Positions 8,164-17,765 of a stretch of DNA of 64,000 nt are shown here, piece after piece. The stretch covers positions 14,891 through 78,890 of the IMG/VR virus record IMGVR_UViG_3300030108_005139. One strand, 5' to 3'. Below the pieces are notes generated by a model that saw only the letters and a program-made list of their open reading frames with translations, was not told where the DNA came from and searched no databases. The stretch is from a virus. The translations under genes were made by a program, and so were the position numbers. Within the stretch, counting starts at the first letter, position 1. Every line of letters begins with the position of its first letter.

Positions 8164-8666
8164 AGTCTATACCCCGCTTTCGCTATAATCCAACTGTCGG
8201 CACGATCATACGAACCTGGCTTTGGATTTCCGTGACTAGTATATTCAATTTTGTTACCATTGTCAAGAAAATGTTGAAGGGCGATCTCTTTTGCTTTGGT
8301 TCCCCTGGGGACTTTTAGTTCGCAAAGCTTTCTTGCCTGTGTGGCTGTGATATACTCTGGGATCATATTTAAATCATTGTAGCAAATCCACGACACAATA
8401 CCATTAAACCTTTGTAGTGTAGCCATCGTTTTTGCCGTCGAGCCACCACTATTAAAGAACGTAAAAGGCTGTTCGATGTAAATCTTTGTAAACGGATATT
8501 GAAGTCCGAATAAGTTCTTTCTTATAAACTGGGCTTTGTGGAAAAGTAAAGGAAACTTGTTCTTATTTCTTGTATCCCAGGACTCACAGAGAAGAGTATT
8601 TCCCTGCCTGTCAAGTATAGTAACACCTGTGATACTCGTTGAAAGATCTAAACCAAGTATAACCAT
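8139..8666 (-). CDS. RuvC-like Holliday junction resolvase
   Basis: ILGLDLSTSITG, IYIEQP and DRADSW acidic catalytic pattern. Confidence 0.85.
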   Translation of the reverse strand: MVILGLDLSTSITGVTILDRQGNTLLCESWDTRNKNKFPLLFHKAQFIRKNLFGLQYPFTKIYIEQPFTFFNSGGSTAKTMATLQRFNGIVSWICYNDLNMIPEYITATQARKLCELKVPRGTKAKEIALQHFLDNGNKIEYTSHGNPKPGSYDRADSWIIAKAGYRLWKEGLKS

Positions 8667-8672
8667 AACAGT

Positions 8673-8678
8673 ATTATA
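8673..8678 (-). promoter_or_regulatory. -10 box TATAAT 6 nt upstream of the resolvase ATG
   Basis: Perfect -10 box, weak -35, no SD. Confidence 0.4.
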
Positions 8679-10469
8679 CTATATATCAAGCTTTAATTTA
8701 AATGTGAAGTCGCGGTCTTCGGTCTTTTTAACTGGTGTAGCGACTTTAGCGATACCAATAAGATTCCTGTTTTCGTCGTAGATACCCACCTTAGAGATAT
8801 AAGTTTGCCTCTTGTAAGAAGCATCATATCCTTGATAGGAAGAAGAAACAATATTTTTAATCTCTATATCTTTCTTTTCCTTAAACCTATTTGATCCAGA
8901 TGCTGCCGATAAGGTCTGACCGTGTTTAAGATACGTGGGGTTATTTGAAAAATTAAGATGCCCCTTTCTGGCGTGGGCTAACATTGTGATTGTTGGAACA
9001 TAGTTTGTTCCCTTGAAATCAATTTCAAAACTTGAAGAATGTACTCTTGGGGGACTTTCAACGGAGCCAGTTGCTATTGTTTGAGCAAAGTCAATCCAAC
9101 GAGGAGAAGTTAAAGTATCCTGACTGATATAAGCCTCAGTATGAGGCCCACCATATTCCCCACTCATTCCATCAATAAACTTAGACGTAACAGTAACATT
9201 GTCTGACGATATTACAATTGGAGTATTTCCCGATACACCTTTAGTGTCTTGCGTCAGAGTCACATTTCTAGAACTTACAGTGGCTGTAATTTTAAGTGTT
9301 TTACCATTTGTAGAATTAGAAGTGACATTATTTATAGAGTTTCTAAATTTACTTGCGGCATTAGCACCACCAGCAGTAGCAATCCCAACACTTATACTAG
9401 TGCCATCAGTATGCAATCTGCCATCTTGGTGATCATCACTAGTATCAAACTTAAACGTTACTGTGTTGTTTTCTCCATCAGTTAAAGTTATGGTGTCGTT
9501 ATTTGCTGGTTTCGTAGATTTAAAGTTTAGCTGTGCAGTAGAGGCAACTGCATTTGCAGTTAAATCCCAACTACCAGTCAACAACATAAACCCTTCTTTG
9601 TATAAAACAACACCAGCAGTGCTACCTGAATGAGGGCTCCCAACGGGACCAATTTGCACTAATTCACCGTTTTTATTTTTATCCTGTAATTCGCCAACCA
9701 AAGTACCAGTAATATAAAATTTTAAACTGACCGTTCCTTTTTGTATTTCTCGACCATAAAAAATTGATGGAATACTAAGAAGCCCCATCTCTTGATCTGC
9801 TTTGTTCCAATTCACTTTAGTGTTTGAGTGAATAGCCATAGAGGAACTTTCATATGCATAGTGGGGGCTTAAATATGTATAATAATTTAGTGTATTTTTT
9901 AGTGCGGCTATCTTAGAACCCTTCATTGTTTTTTCTGGATAGCCCATATCCAAAACTTCTGTGTCCGACTCAGGTAGGATAACGCGCCGCTCAATCGCAT
10001 CAATAATGTCTTGTTTGGCGTTAGATACGTGGTTTGGGGCCAGGTACTCTTTTTCAATTGAAGCAGACATTGGATATGTACCTGTCAGAAGAGTTCCGTG
10101 AGGCACTGTTTCTTCAAACAAAGTTTCTTGGCCATTAATAGTTACTACATTTACACCTCGAAAACGATTATTGTTAGCGCTCTTATAAATAAATGGATAA
10201 ATTACATCAGGTGCTGTTGTTTCAGTCCCTTCTTCAACAAGCTCCAACGAACCACTGATTCGATCAACATTTAATTCAAATAAGCTCTCAAACCCAGGTT
10301 GAACGTTTGGCACGCTAGACACGTGGACGCCATCTAAACGCGGTCGATTGTTGTAATAACGGGTGCCACTAATTGGCATACTTCCACTGTAAATAAAGAA
10401 ATTACAGTGTGGGTGGGTTTCTATTCTATTATGGAATAGGTCGTTTTTATCAAATTTATACAAGGGCAT
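8679..10469 (-). CDS. Virion structural protein (baseplate/fibre-attachment type)
   Basis: C-terminal YISKVGIYDENRNLIGIAKVATPVKK resembles tail-collar/fibre-attachment domains; paralog of 10482-11576; located in the baseplate module. Confidence 0.6.
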   Translation of the reverse strand: MPLYKFDKNDLFHNRIETHPHCNFFIYSGSMPISGTRYYNNRPRLDGVHVSSVPNVQPGFESLFELNVDRISGSLELVEEGTETTAPDVIYPFIYKSANNNRFRGVNVVTINGQETLFEETVPHGTLLTGTYPMSASIEKEYLAPNHVSNAKQDIIDAIERRVILPESDTEVLDMGYPEKTMKGSKIAALKNTLNYYTYLSPHYAYESSSMAIHSNTKVNWNKADQEMGLLSIPSIFYGREIQKGTVSLKFYITGTLVGELQDKNKNGELVQIGPVGSPHSGSTAGVVLYKEGFMLLTGSWDLTANAVASTAQLNFKSTKPANNDTITLTDGENNTVTFKFDTSDDHQDGRLHTDGTSISVGIATAGGANAASKFRNSINNVTSNSTNGKTLKITATVSSRNVTLTQDTKGVSGNTPIVISSDNVTVTSKFIDGMSGEYGGPHTEAYISQDTLTSPRWIDFAQTIATGSVESPPRVHSSSFEIDFKGTNYVPTITMLAHARKGHLNFSNNPTYLKHGQTLSAASGSNRFKEKKDIEIKNIVSSSYQGYDASYKRQTYISKVGIYDENRNLIGIAKVATPVKKTEDRDFTFKLKLDI

Positions 10470-10481
10470 CGCGAGACCCCT

Positions 10482-11576
10482 TTAATAATCAAGCCTTACT
10501 CTCAAGGTCAACTCGTTTGAGGGTGTTTTTCTTAACGGTTCTGACAATTTAGCAGTTGCCATCAGAACGTTTTCAGAATTGTAAAGTCCAATTGTTGTAA
10601 TGTAAGAAACAGGATTGTCTGTTTCTTTTGTTTTAACCCTAATCTGACTTGACGATAAGTAAGTTGGATTGGAACTGTAATTGAACTCATTAAAATTTGC
10701 ACGACAGAAGTAGATTGTTGAATTTAGTTCTGTTGTATTATTGAAGCTGATATTAGTTAATCGATGTCTAACTCCGTCACACGAAGAAGAAATATTTGCA
10801 CCACTTAATACAGTTTCAATTGAGCCAGTGTCTAAAGTAGTTCCTGGGGGACCAAATGCGCCTTCAGACGCTGCTGATTGACCGGCTTGTGTTCTATTTG
10901 GGAAAATAGAAGCAGTTAAGACAGCGATACCAGCCTGGTAGTAAAGCAACCCAACACGACTTGTTCCACCGGCATCGGAATATAAGATTCCATACTCGCC
11001 CGCTGGTGAGTTGCTTTTGTAAGTCTTTGTAGCATTAACTTCTTGCACAGTTAGTGGACCTTCAGCATCCCCATCTACACCTTCACTAAAAGCACCAGGA
11101 AAACCACCAGTTAAAAAGTTCATTGTAAATGAACCCTTCTTAATTTCATCTTTTGTCAAAAGTCTGGAAAAATTAAAGAAGACCACCTCATTCATTTTTG
11201 TGCCAGCGTCCGTCAAGTCACCAGCTTGATCAAACCTAAGCACTGATCCGGTCACATCATAACCAACAAGCACTTGTGCCATCTGATTATAGAGATTAAT
11301 CTTTTTGCTGTTCTGTACGCTAGTTGCTCCACTTAGAGCAGACAATGCAGAGTATCCAACAGAAACATCAAATACGTGATTAGCCGAAGAACTTAGATAG
11401 GGATAGTCATATACCGACTGAAACATCCCGTGAGAATAGTTCTTAATATTATGCTCTGTGTCGTCCTGGTTATACGTTCCAGAAACAATTGTACCAGTAA
11501 GTGGAATTGCTTCGTGGAGTAGAGTTCTAGTTGTTGTGATATCTTTTGGTGTAATTTCTTTAAATCTTTTAGCCAT
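10482..11576 (-). CDS. Virion structural protein, paralog of 8679-10469
   Basis: Shares IKKGS, GLLYYQAG, FNYSSNPTY and YITTIGLYN..LMATAKLSEPLRK blocks. Confidence 0.6.
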   Translation of the reverse strand: MAKRFKEITPKDITTTRTLLHEAIPLTGTIVSGTYNQDDTEHNIKNYSHGMFQSVYDYPYLSSSANHVFDVSVGYSALSALSGATSVQNSKKINLYNQMAQVLVGYDVTGSVLRFDQAGDLTDAGTKMNEVVFFNFSRLLTKDEIKKGSFTMNFLTGGFPGAFSEGVDGDAEGPLTVQEVNATKTYKSNSPAGEYGILYSDAGGTSRVGLLYYQAGIAVLTASIFPNRTQAGQSAASEGAFGPPGTTLDTGSIETVLSGANISSSCDGVRHRLTNISFNNTTELNSTIYFCRANFNEFNYSSNPTYLSSSQIRVKTKETDNPVSYITTIGLYNSENVLMATAKLSEPLRKTPSNELTLRVRLDY

Positions 11577-11587
11577 TGTTTTACCTT

Positions 11588-12511
11588 TTATTCATCCGAT
11601 TTTTTAAAGTATCTAACCGGAATATCAATAGTATAGCCGGTTGTGGTTCCCATCACCTTGATTACTGAGTCGATGACGCGAATATCAGTTTGAACATCAT
11701 TGTTGTTAACAGCCGTAGTGGTTGTTCCAATATTATCAAACAGGTAGTTTGATTTTTGTAAGTTAAGTGTTGATTTAACTAAAAACTCAACCGTTGTACC
11801 ACGAGGGCCTTGAATAACTTGAGTGTCTGGAGCCTGTTCAGTTTTTGTATTTCTAGTAACAACGTTAGGGTTTGCTTTGAGAGTTAAGTAATAAGTTGCG
11901 ATATTATCATCATCAACAAAACTCTTTTCAAGACGCCCACGAGTACCTTCTTTGTTTCTAAGCTCGCCAAGGCGGTTGTCCATAAGAACAGTATATTGTG
12001 TTTCTCTGTCTTCAGCATCTAACCCTCTATCGGGTGGGATTTCAAACTCAGTGTGCAAGCCCTGATCAATTCTTATAATCGTCGTGCTTTCAGAAGGATC
12101 AAATCCATCCAGTATACCTTGTTTTTTAGTAAACTTATCACGAGTTGCTTCAGTAACAGCAATCATAAAAGAACCAGTAGTAGCTGCTGGTTTGTTTAAC
12201 GTGGCTTTATCATTCAAGCGAAGAATTGGTAAGTAAAACTTTGTATTGTTTAAGTAAGTAATCAGTGGAGACTTAAGACTTGAACCAGCATCCGTAAATG
12301 CCTCCAAGACAGGGGTCTGCAATATCTGTAAATCATAATAAGCACTACCACTTATATGATCACTATCATACAGAGAGTAGTCAACCTCGTCGTCTCCTAA
12401 AGCAAATTTTGTAATATTGAAAGTCCCATTACCTTGGGCCAACCGTCTTCGACCCTCATCGGTTAAGACTGCATCTAAAATAATATCTCCAGAATTATCT
12501 AAAAACGCCAT
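11588..12511 (-). CDS. Virion structural protein (baseplate/tail-collar-like N-terminus)
   Basis: VLTDEGRRRLAQG..FNITKFALGDDEVDY; GAGGAG SD. Confidence 0.6.
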   Translation of the reverse strand: MAFLDNSGDIILDAVLTDEGRRRLAQGNGTFNITKFALGDDEVDYSLYDSDHISGSAYYDLQILQTPVLEAFTDAGSSLKSPLITYLNNTKFYLPILRLNDKATLNKPAATTGSFMIAVTEATRDKFTKKQGILDGFDPSESTTIIRIDQGLHTEFEIPPDRGLDAEDRETQYTVLMDNRLGELRNKEGTRGRLEKSFVDDDNIATYYLTLKANPNVVTRNTKTEQAPDTQVIQGPRGTTVEFLVKSTLNLQKSNYLFDNIGTTTTAVNNNDVQTDIRVIDSVIKVMGTTTGYTIDIPVRYFKKSDE

Positions 12512-12534
12512 CTTTTATCTCCTCTTGTTCTCAA

Positions 12535-12543
12535 GTAAATAGT
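12535..12543 (-). promoter_or_regulatory. Candidate late promoter ACTATTTAC
   Basis: Intergenic, about 23 nt upstream of the 12511 start. Confidence 0.55.
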
Positions 12544-12586
12544 ATTTTAATTATGTTTTTGATTCTTTTTAAATATTTATGCAATT

Positions 12587-15500
12587 TTATTCAAACGACT
12601 CTTCAGTTGGCCTATTCAAATCTTCGTTATCTTTATCTGTATGAATCTGTCTAAATTTAAAATTGATGTCTATTTTTTTACCAGTCAGTTCCGAAGTTAT
12701 CCTAAGTTTATATTTTCTTCCCCAAAGAGTTCTTGCTTCCGCTGCCTTAGAGCCTAAATTCTTGTCTAGTAAGTATGATTCTAAATCCTGTTCATCAATA
12801 AACTGTTGATTGAACGCCTCTTGGATTTGTGAGGGTTTAATTTTTATATATCTCCTCATATGCTTACTATAACTATCTGGAACAACTGGGAACACGTATT
12901 CTTCTATCGTTGGAAAAATTGAATTACCAGTATCCACCATCTCTACTTGTAATACCCCTGTTGGATTAGACGGATTATTATGTATATCAACCACTCTAAA
13001 TGTGTACCAATATTTTTTGTTTGGAACAATATCATCAACAAAAGAGTTTGCTGTTGTTACCACCTGATCTCTCCAAGTTCCTTCCTCCTGGTTCATCCGT
13101 CGAGCAGTGTTGTCTAAGATTATTTTTCTTGCATCAGAAAAATCTCCATAACTTGATGGCGGGAAGTCCAATCTATAAACTTCAAAAAGTTCTGGATAAT
13201 CGTCATTTAAAAACAATACATCAAAGTCTTCAATATTGTTCTCATTAAGATCTGATTCTGTGGCCACTCGTCCACCATCAAGCGTTGATTGTTCCAAGCC
13301 TTGCTCAAGAATCATATCTCTAAATTTGTCAACATCACTTGGAAGAACAATTTTTGGTTTATCAACATATTGACCCTGACCTGAATTCATCTGCACCAAA
13401 ATTTTATCTTTTACAGAACGATACGGTATTAAATCAACATTTGGCGGTGTTGGGGGGTTGCCAATAATTTTAACCTCTGGTGGTTGATATCCAGCTGAGA
13501 AAATACTTGCTTCAACTATAACTGGGTGTGGCATATTGTTAACAGCGAACGTGTAGCTCGTAGGGGCGGGTTCCTTTCCACCACTACCGATGGTTCCTCC
13601 AGAGCGAAAAGGTCTATAAAATGGTGCTCGTCCTGCATCATAATCCGCTCGTTCTTGAGAAATTAACATCTCCATTCGTTGAACAATTATTGTTTCTATT
13701 CTATCTGCAGTTATAACATTTTGATATTCAATTTCAAGCTCTCTTATGATTGGACCTGGAGGGCTGAAGAAGTCTCTTCCATAGCGCTCCGTTAATTGTT
13801 CGTATCTAACATAGAGTCGATTTTTAGCGATTGCCAATAACCTAGCGAGCGATCTCGGATCATCAAACGCACCTGTAATCGACAGACCAAAGGGTGCTAT
13901 TGGCCCAGCTGTCGTGTATCGACCCAATCCCTCAAGTTCCGCTTGTTCAGACAATAACAAAACCATATCCAAAGTATAGCGTCTAGCTCCAGGTATAATC
14001 CCTGGCGATGTTCCAATTGGATTTTGAACAATTAATAATGATGCCAGTTGGTCTCTAATTTCATCAAGAAGTTGATCAGTGCTGTAATCATAGCGTAGTT
14101 CAGTATCTGGCGTCTCAGTACTTAAGTACCTTTCTTGAAGCTCTGGTGATAACTCCACCCACGGAATCGCTTCAAACTCTCGATCAGGGGGCAAGGGTAT
14201 AGTCGCTGGATCCGGTTGCTCGATTTCTTCATACCAATATTCATTTCCAAAAACAAGATAATAACCATAGATATTATATCTATATCCAACACCATAACGG
14301 ACTTGTGCGTCAATGTGTGAAAAACCACTATTTAAAAGAGTTGCGGGCAAAACAAAATTTTGTGTCACCTGGTCTGTTTCGGCATCGACTTTCTCTATCC
14401 TATAAAAAAGGGCCTCAGAATAAGCTAACTGACCATTAACTATATCTTTATATCTTCTAAAAATCCCACCAATAATGTCAGCAAGTTCTTCTGTTTCTGG
14501 CGTTGCTCCTAGAACATCTAGTGTCTCATCAGACTCCCTTCCAACTCTTTCTAAATATAAATTTATAAACGCCAAAATTACACCAAGGTGAGTTTGTATA
14601 TCCACAGTGCTCAAACAGTTGGACCAGTTTTCTTCACCGGGTACTCTCATAATGTCTGGACCTAAAGAGTCTGATGATGGGATACCACTAATTGGAAATG
14701 TTTTATTAAAATCCATCATAGTATCTGTTGGGGAGTTCTTGCCCCAAGTCTTTATCTCATCAAATAAGAGTGGACCAATCTCTGGTACACGGGTTAACAA
14801 ACCTTCAAACACATCAGGATTTACAACCATTTCTTCAATTTCAGGCGTACAATAAATCTTAAACCACTCACGAAAATCCCAAACACGCTCTATTTTTGTT
14901 ATGAGTTCTTGCCGACTCTCCATAACATTGATGCTTAAATCACTAGACGGCATCTTTGTTGATGAGGGACTACTTCCAAGTGGAGTCATACTACCATAAT
15001 CTGATAGCAATGACGCTATCCTAGATTTGTCCATATACCCACTTAGTGAACCATTAATGTTGGCTTGTACAAAGATATTTTTTGAACTTCGAGAGAAAGT
15101 ATCAGAGGCTATATTAGATATAGGATCGTAGTAAATTCCACCACCATCTGTGGTAAGGATTGATGCCCTTTCCATAGCTTCAGCAAAAAAACTTACAAAT
15201 TCACGATAACCCTCAAAATTAAATCTAGTAGTTACGTGCATCGGAGCAACACTAACCACCCCTCCAGGTGCATACTTGCTACCAGTTTCCTTGTAAGTTT
15301 CTTTATAAAAGTTACTAAAAATTAAATTTCTATACTCCAAACTTAATTTTTCAAGACCCTCCATATCGTTTGTTTGTTGAGCTATAGAAACAGTCTTATT
15401 CCACAAAGATATATATGGATGTTCCCTAGAGTACCTAAAGCGATTGAAATAATTTTCCCAATCAGGTGTGAATCGTTCCGGTAAACCAAGCGAATCCATC

Positions 15501-17764
15501 CTACGGTCTAAAGATATTAATTTACGAAACTCTGAAATGTTTGTTTTTGCAAAATCTACAACATAAAGATTAGGAAACACTGGTTCGTATATCAAATCCA
15601 ATTCACTAGTTAATTGTTCAAACTCAGGTGCGAATGAGCCATTATAATGTCCTGTTAGTTTAACTAAGTCATCACATACAGGAATTTCAAAAGTGTAATC
15701 ATAATAGCGCCTTGGTACCAATACAGATCGTGCTGCTTCAGAGGAGTCACCGTCACCAGTTCCATTTCTTAAATCAGCAGGATCATATGCGTAAGGATCC
15801 TTTATTTTTAAAAATGGTTCAAGATAATCATCCACTATGTTAACAAATCTAAGTCCCAATGGGCCTTCAGACTCAGAAACAAGATAATCTATTGCATTGA
15901 ATCTCTTAACGGTAACCTCTGTTCTTTTCCAATTACCCAATTTAATGTCTTGTGTATCATCAAATATTCTACGAACCGCTGCATCACGCTCAGAGGGCGA
16001 ACTTCCAGCTGATATTAAGCCTAGTTCGAATAAGCGCTCGGGATCTCCCACATATGTCTCTGGACCAAAATTGCTGATATAGATCAAAGGAATCATATTT
16101 TTAGTCAACTCCTGACTAAGCAATGATTCACGATATCTTACAGCACCATCCACCAAACTAGTAATTGGCTCCCCCGGTATAGGTCTTGCAACCATATGCC
16201 CAGCAGCTAATTCTGAAACAACATTAAGAAAGGCTGAGAAATCATCGGTTAAAACATCTTCGTTAGTTGAAATGGTCGGAAAATATCCAAACATTGGATT
16301 AAGGGTTTCTGACGAAATAATTTCGCCGCCTGCCCTTATTGGATCCGCACTAAGTGGCAGATCCCAACCATAAGCAAACCACATCCTCAAAGACATTCTC
16401 CTGATTAAATCTTGCACCAAAAAGCCACTTTGAATTGTTTGCTCAATTGTATCTTCGTATCGATGAATAACAGGATCATCTCTCATTACGGCTTGATTAT
16501 ATTCAAGGAAAAAATTAGCTGCAGAGGGGTTACTTAAAACAGTCCTAGCATCTGGCAAGAGAAAGACTGAATCTCTCTTAACAATAGCCTTGTGTTTAGG
16601 ATATTTAGGAATGCCAGGGGTTTCATCTTTTCCGCTTGAATCTGGTTTCGGATCTGCAACATTGTCGCCATTTAGCAACCCTACTGCTGGATTTGGTCCA
16701 TCCGATGCCACCGACATAGGGGAGCCGCTTTCACCCCCCACAGTAGTGGCCACACCAACAACTCCACAATCACTAACATCATATGTACCTTCGGCTTGTC
16801 TATGTGCGATTTCGTCCATAATATCAACTAATCGCAACCTCATTTCTGTCATTTCTGACGCAGAAGCAGTGTTCTGTTCAATTAAACTCGTAATCTGAGC
16901 ACGAAGTTCATTTTTTTCGGTTGTGGTGAGGCCAGATTCCAGAAGCCTTGCTTGAAGTTCAGCAAGCACTGCTGACCGGGATTCTGACCCAGCAACCGCA
17001 CTTGTTATGTTATATTCAAGAGTTAATCTTTCTCCTCTAAGCCTACAATCTGACAAACTCCCGATGCCATCATCTTCTGGTGAGATGTCCTCTGCACAGG
17101 GCTCTTCCGACCACATATTGTCAGATATTCTTCGCGCTCGCTCCTCCTTATAGTCTGTTAAACCTCTTTCTAAGAAAGTTTTTCTTTCTTGTAGCACTTC
17201 TATTTCAGCTGTGATTTCAGTTAGTTCTGCTATAGCCTCGCTGCGTTCAGAAGTTCCCGATTCAAGAGTAGGGATGAATGCTTGTAATGAATTTCTCTTG
17301 GCAAGGAGGGTGATAAGGTTCTCTTCCAACCTAGCAAGACTAGCCTCATCACCCAAAATCACCTCAGACAATTCACAGTTATCGATCTCGTCTAAGTAAG
17401 AGTCCTCTACAATTAAAGATTCTTCTCTTCTTTGATCTGCTTCCTCTTTTACTCTTTGTAGTGTCATTGTTAAGAAACGGACTACCAGATCATCGCCGGA
17501 TTCGATGGCTACATAATAAGCACTAGCCGCTTCTAATGCTGCCGTCAGGGTACCTACACCTTCAAAAATTGCATCATCAGGAATTCCATCCAAAATCGCA
17601 GCGCTTGGCATTGGAGGTGGTAGCTCACCAACAATATACCTCCAAGGCCCCCACACATACTCGGTACCTCTCAAGCTATCTGCAAGTTCAGAATCACTAG
17701 AACTGGCGATACCTGGTAGGGCAACGAGTGCAGCGACAAGCATTATAACAAATAAAATCATCAT
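12587..17764 (-). CDS. Large hypothetical structural protein (about 1725 aa): coiled-coil N-region, FnIII-like C-terminal domains
   Basis: Likely start MMILF at 17764, just after the upstream stop. FEVYR...FVDDIVPNKKYWYTFRVVD..NPSNP is FnIII-like. Confidence 0.55.
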   Translation of the reverse strand: MMILFVIMLVAALVALPGIASSSDSELADSLRGTEYVWGPWRYIVGELPPPMPSAAILDGIPDDAIFEGVGTLTAALEAASAYYVAIESGDDLVVRFLTMTLQRVKEEADQRREESLIVEDSYLDEIDNCELSEVILGDEASLARLEENLITLLAKRNSLQAFIPTLESGTSERSEAIAELTEITAEIEVLQERKTFLERGLTDYKEERARRISDNMWSEEPCAEDISPEDDGIGSLSDCRLRGERLTLEYNITSAVAGSESRSAVLAELQARLLESGLTTTEKNELRAQITSLIEQNTASASEMTEMRLRLVDIMDEIAHRQAEGTYDVSDCGVVGVATTVGGESGSPMSVASDGPNPAVGLLNGDNVADPKPDSSGKDETPGIPKYPKHKAIVKRDSVFLLPDARTVLSNPSAANFFLEYNQAVMRDDPVIHRYEDTIEQTIQSGFLVQDLIRRMSLRMWFAYGWDLPLSADPIRAGGEIISSETLNPMFGYFPTISTNEDVLTDDFSAFLNVVSELAAGHMVARPIPGEPITSLVDGAVRYRESLLSQELTKNMIPLIYISNFGPETYVGDPERLFELGLISAGSSPSERDAAVRRIFDDTQDIKLGNWKRTEVTVKRFNAIDYLVSESEGPLGLRFVNIVDDYLEPFLKIKDPYAYDPADLRNGTGDGDSSEAARSVLVPRRYYDYTFEIPVCDDLVKLTGHYNGSFAPEFEQLTSELDLIYEPVFPNLYVVDFAKTNISEFRKLISLDRRMDSLGLPERFTPDWENYFNRFRYSREHPYISLWNKTVSIAQQTNDMEGLEKLSLEYRNLIFSNFYKETYKETGSKYAPGGVVSVAPMHVTTRFNFEGYREFVSFFAEAMERASILTTDGGGIYYDPISNIASDTFSRSSKNIFVQANINGSLSGYMDKSRIASLLSDYGSMTPLGSSPSSTKMPSSDLSINVMESRQELITKIERVWDFREWFKIYCTPEIEEMVVNPDVFEGLLTRVPEIGPLLFDEIKTWGKNSPTDTMMDFNKTFPISGIPSSDSLGPDIMRVPGEENWSNCLSTVDIQTHLGVILAFINLYLERVGRESDETLDVLGATPETEELADIIGGIFRRYKDIVNGQLAYSEALFYRIEKVDAETDQVTQNFVLPATLLNSGFSHIDAQVRYGVGYRYNIYGYYLVFGNEYWYEEIEQPDPATIPLPPDREFEAIPWVELSPELQERYLSTETPDTELRYDYSTDQLLDEIRDQLASLLIVQNPIGTSPGIIPGARRYTLDMVLLLSEQAELEGLGRYTTAGPIAPFGLSITGAFDDPRSLARLLAIAKNRLYVRYEQLTERYGRDFFSPPGPIIRELEIEYQNVITADRIETIIVQRMEMLISQERADYDAGRAPFYRPFRSGGTIGSGGKEPAPTSYTFAVNNMPHPVIVEASIFSAGYQPPEVKIIGNPPTPPNVDLIPYRSVKDKILVQMNSGQGQYVDKPKIVLPSDVDKFRDMILEQGLEQSTLDGGRVATESDLNENNIEDFDVLFLNDDYPELFEVYRLDFPPSSYGDFSDARKIILDNTARRMNQEEGTWRDQVVTTANSFVDDIVPNKKYWYTFRVVDIHNNPSNPTGVLQVEMVDTGNSIFPTIEEYVFPVVPDSYSKHMRRYIKIKPSQIQEAFNQQFIDEQDLESYLLDKNLGSKAAEARTLWGRKYKLRITSELTGKKIDINFKFRQIHTDKDNEDLNRPTEESFE

Positions 17765-17765
17765 T

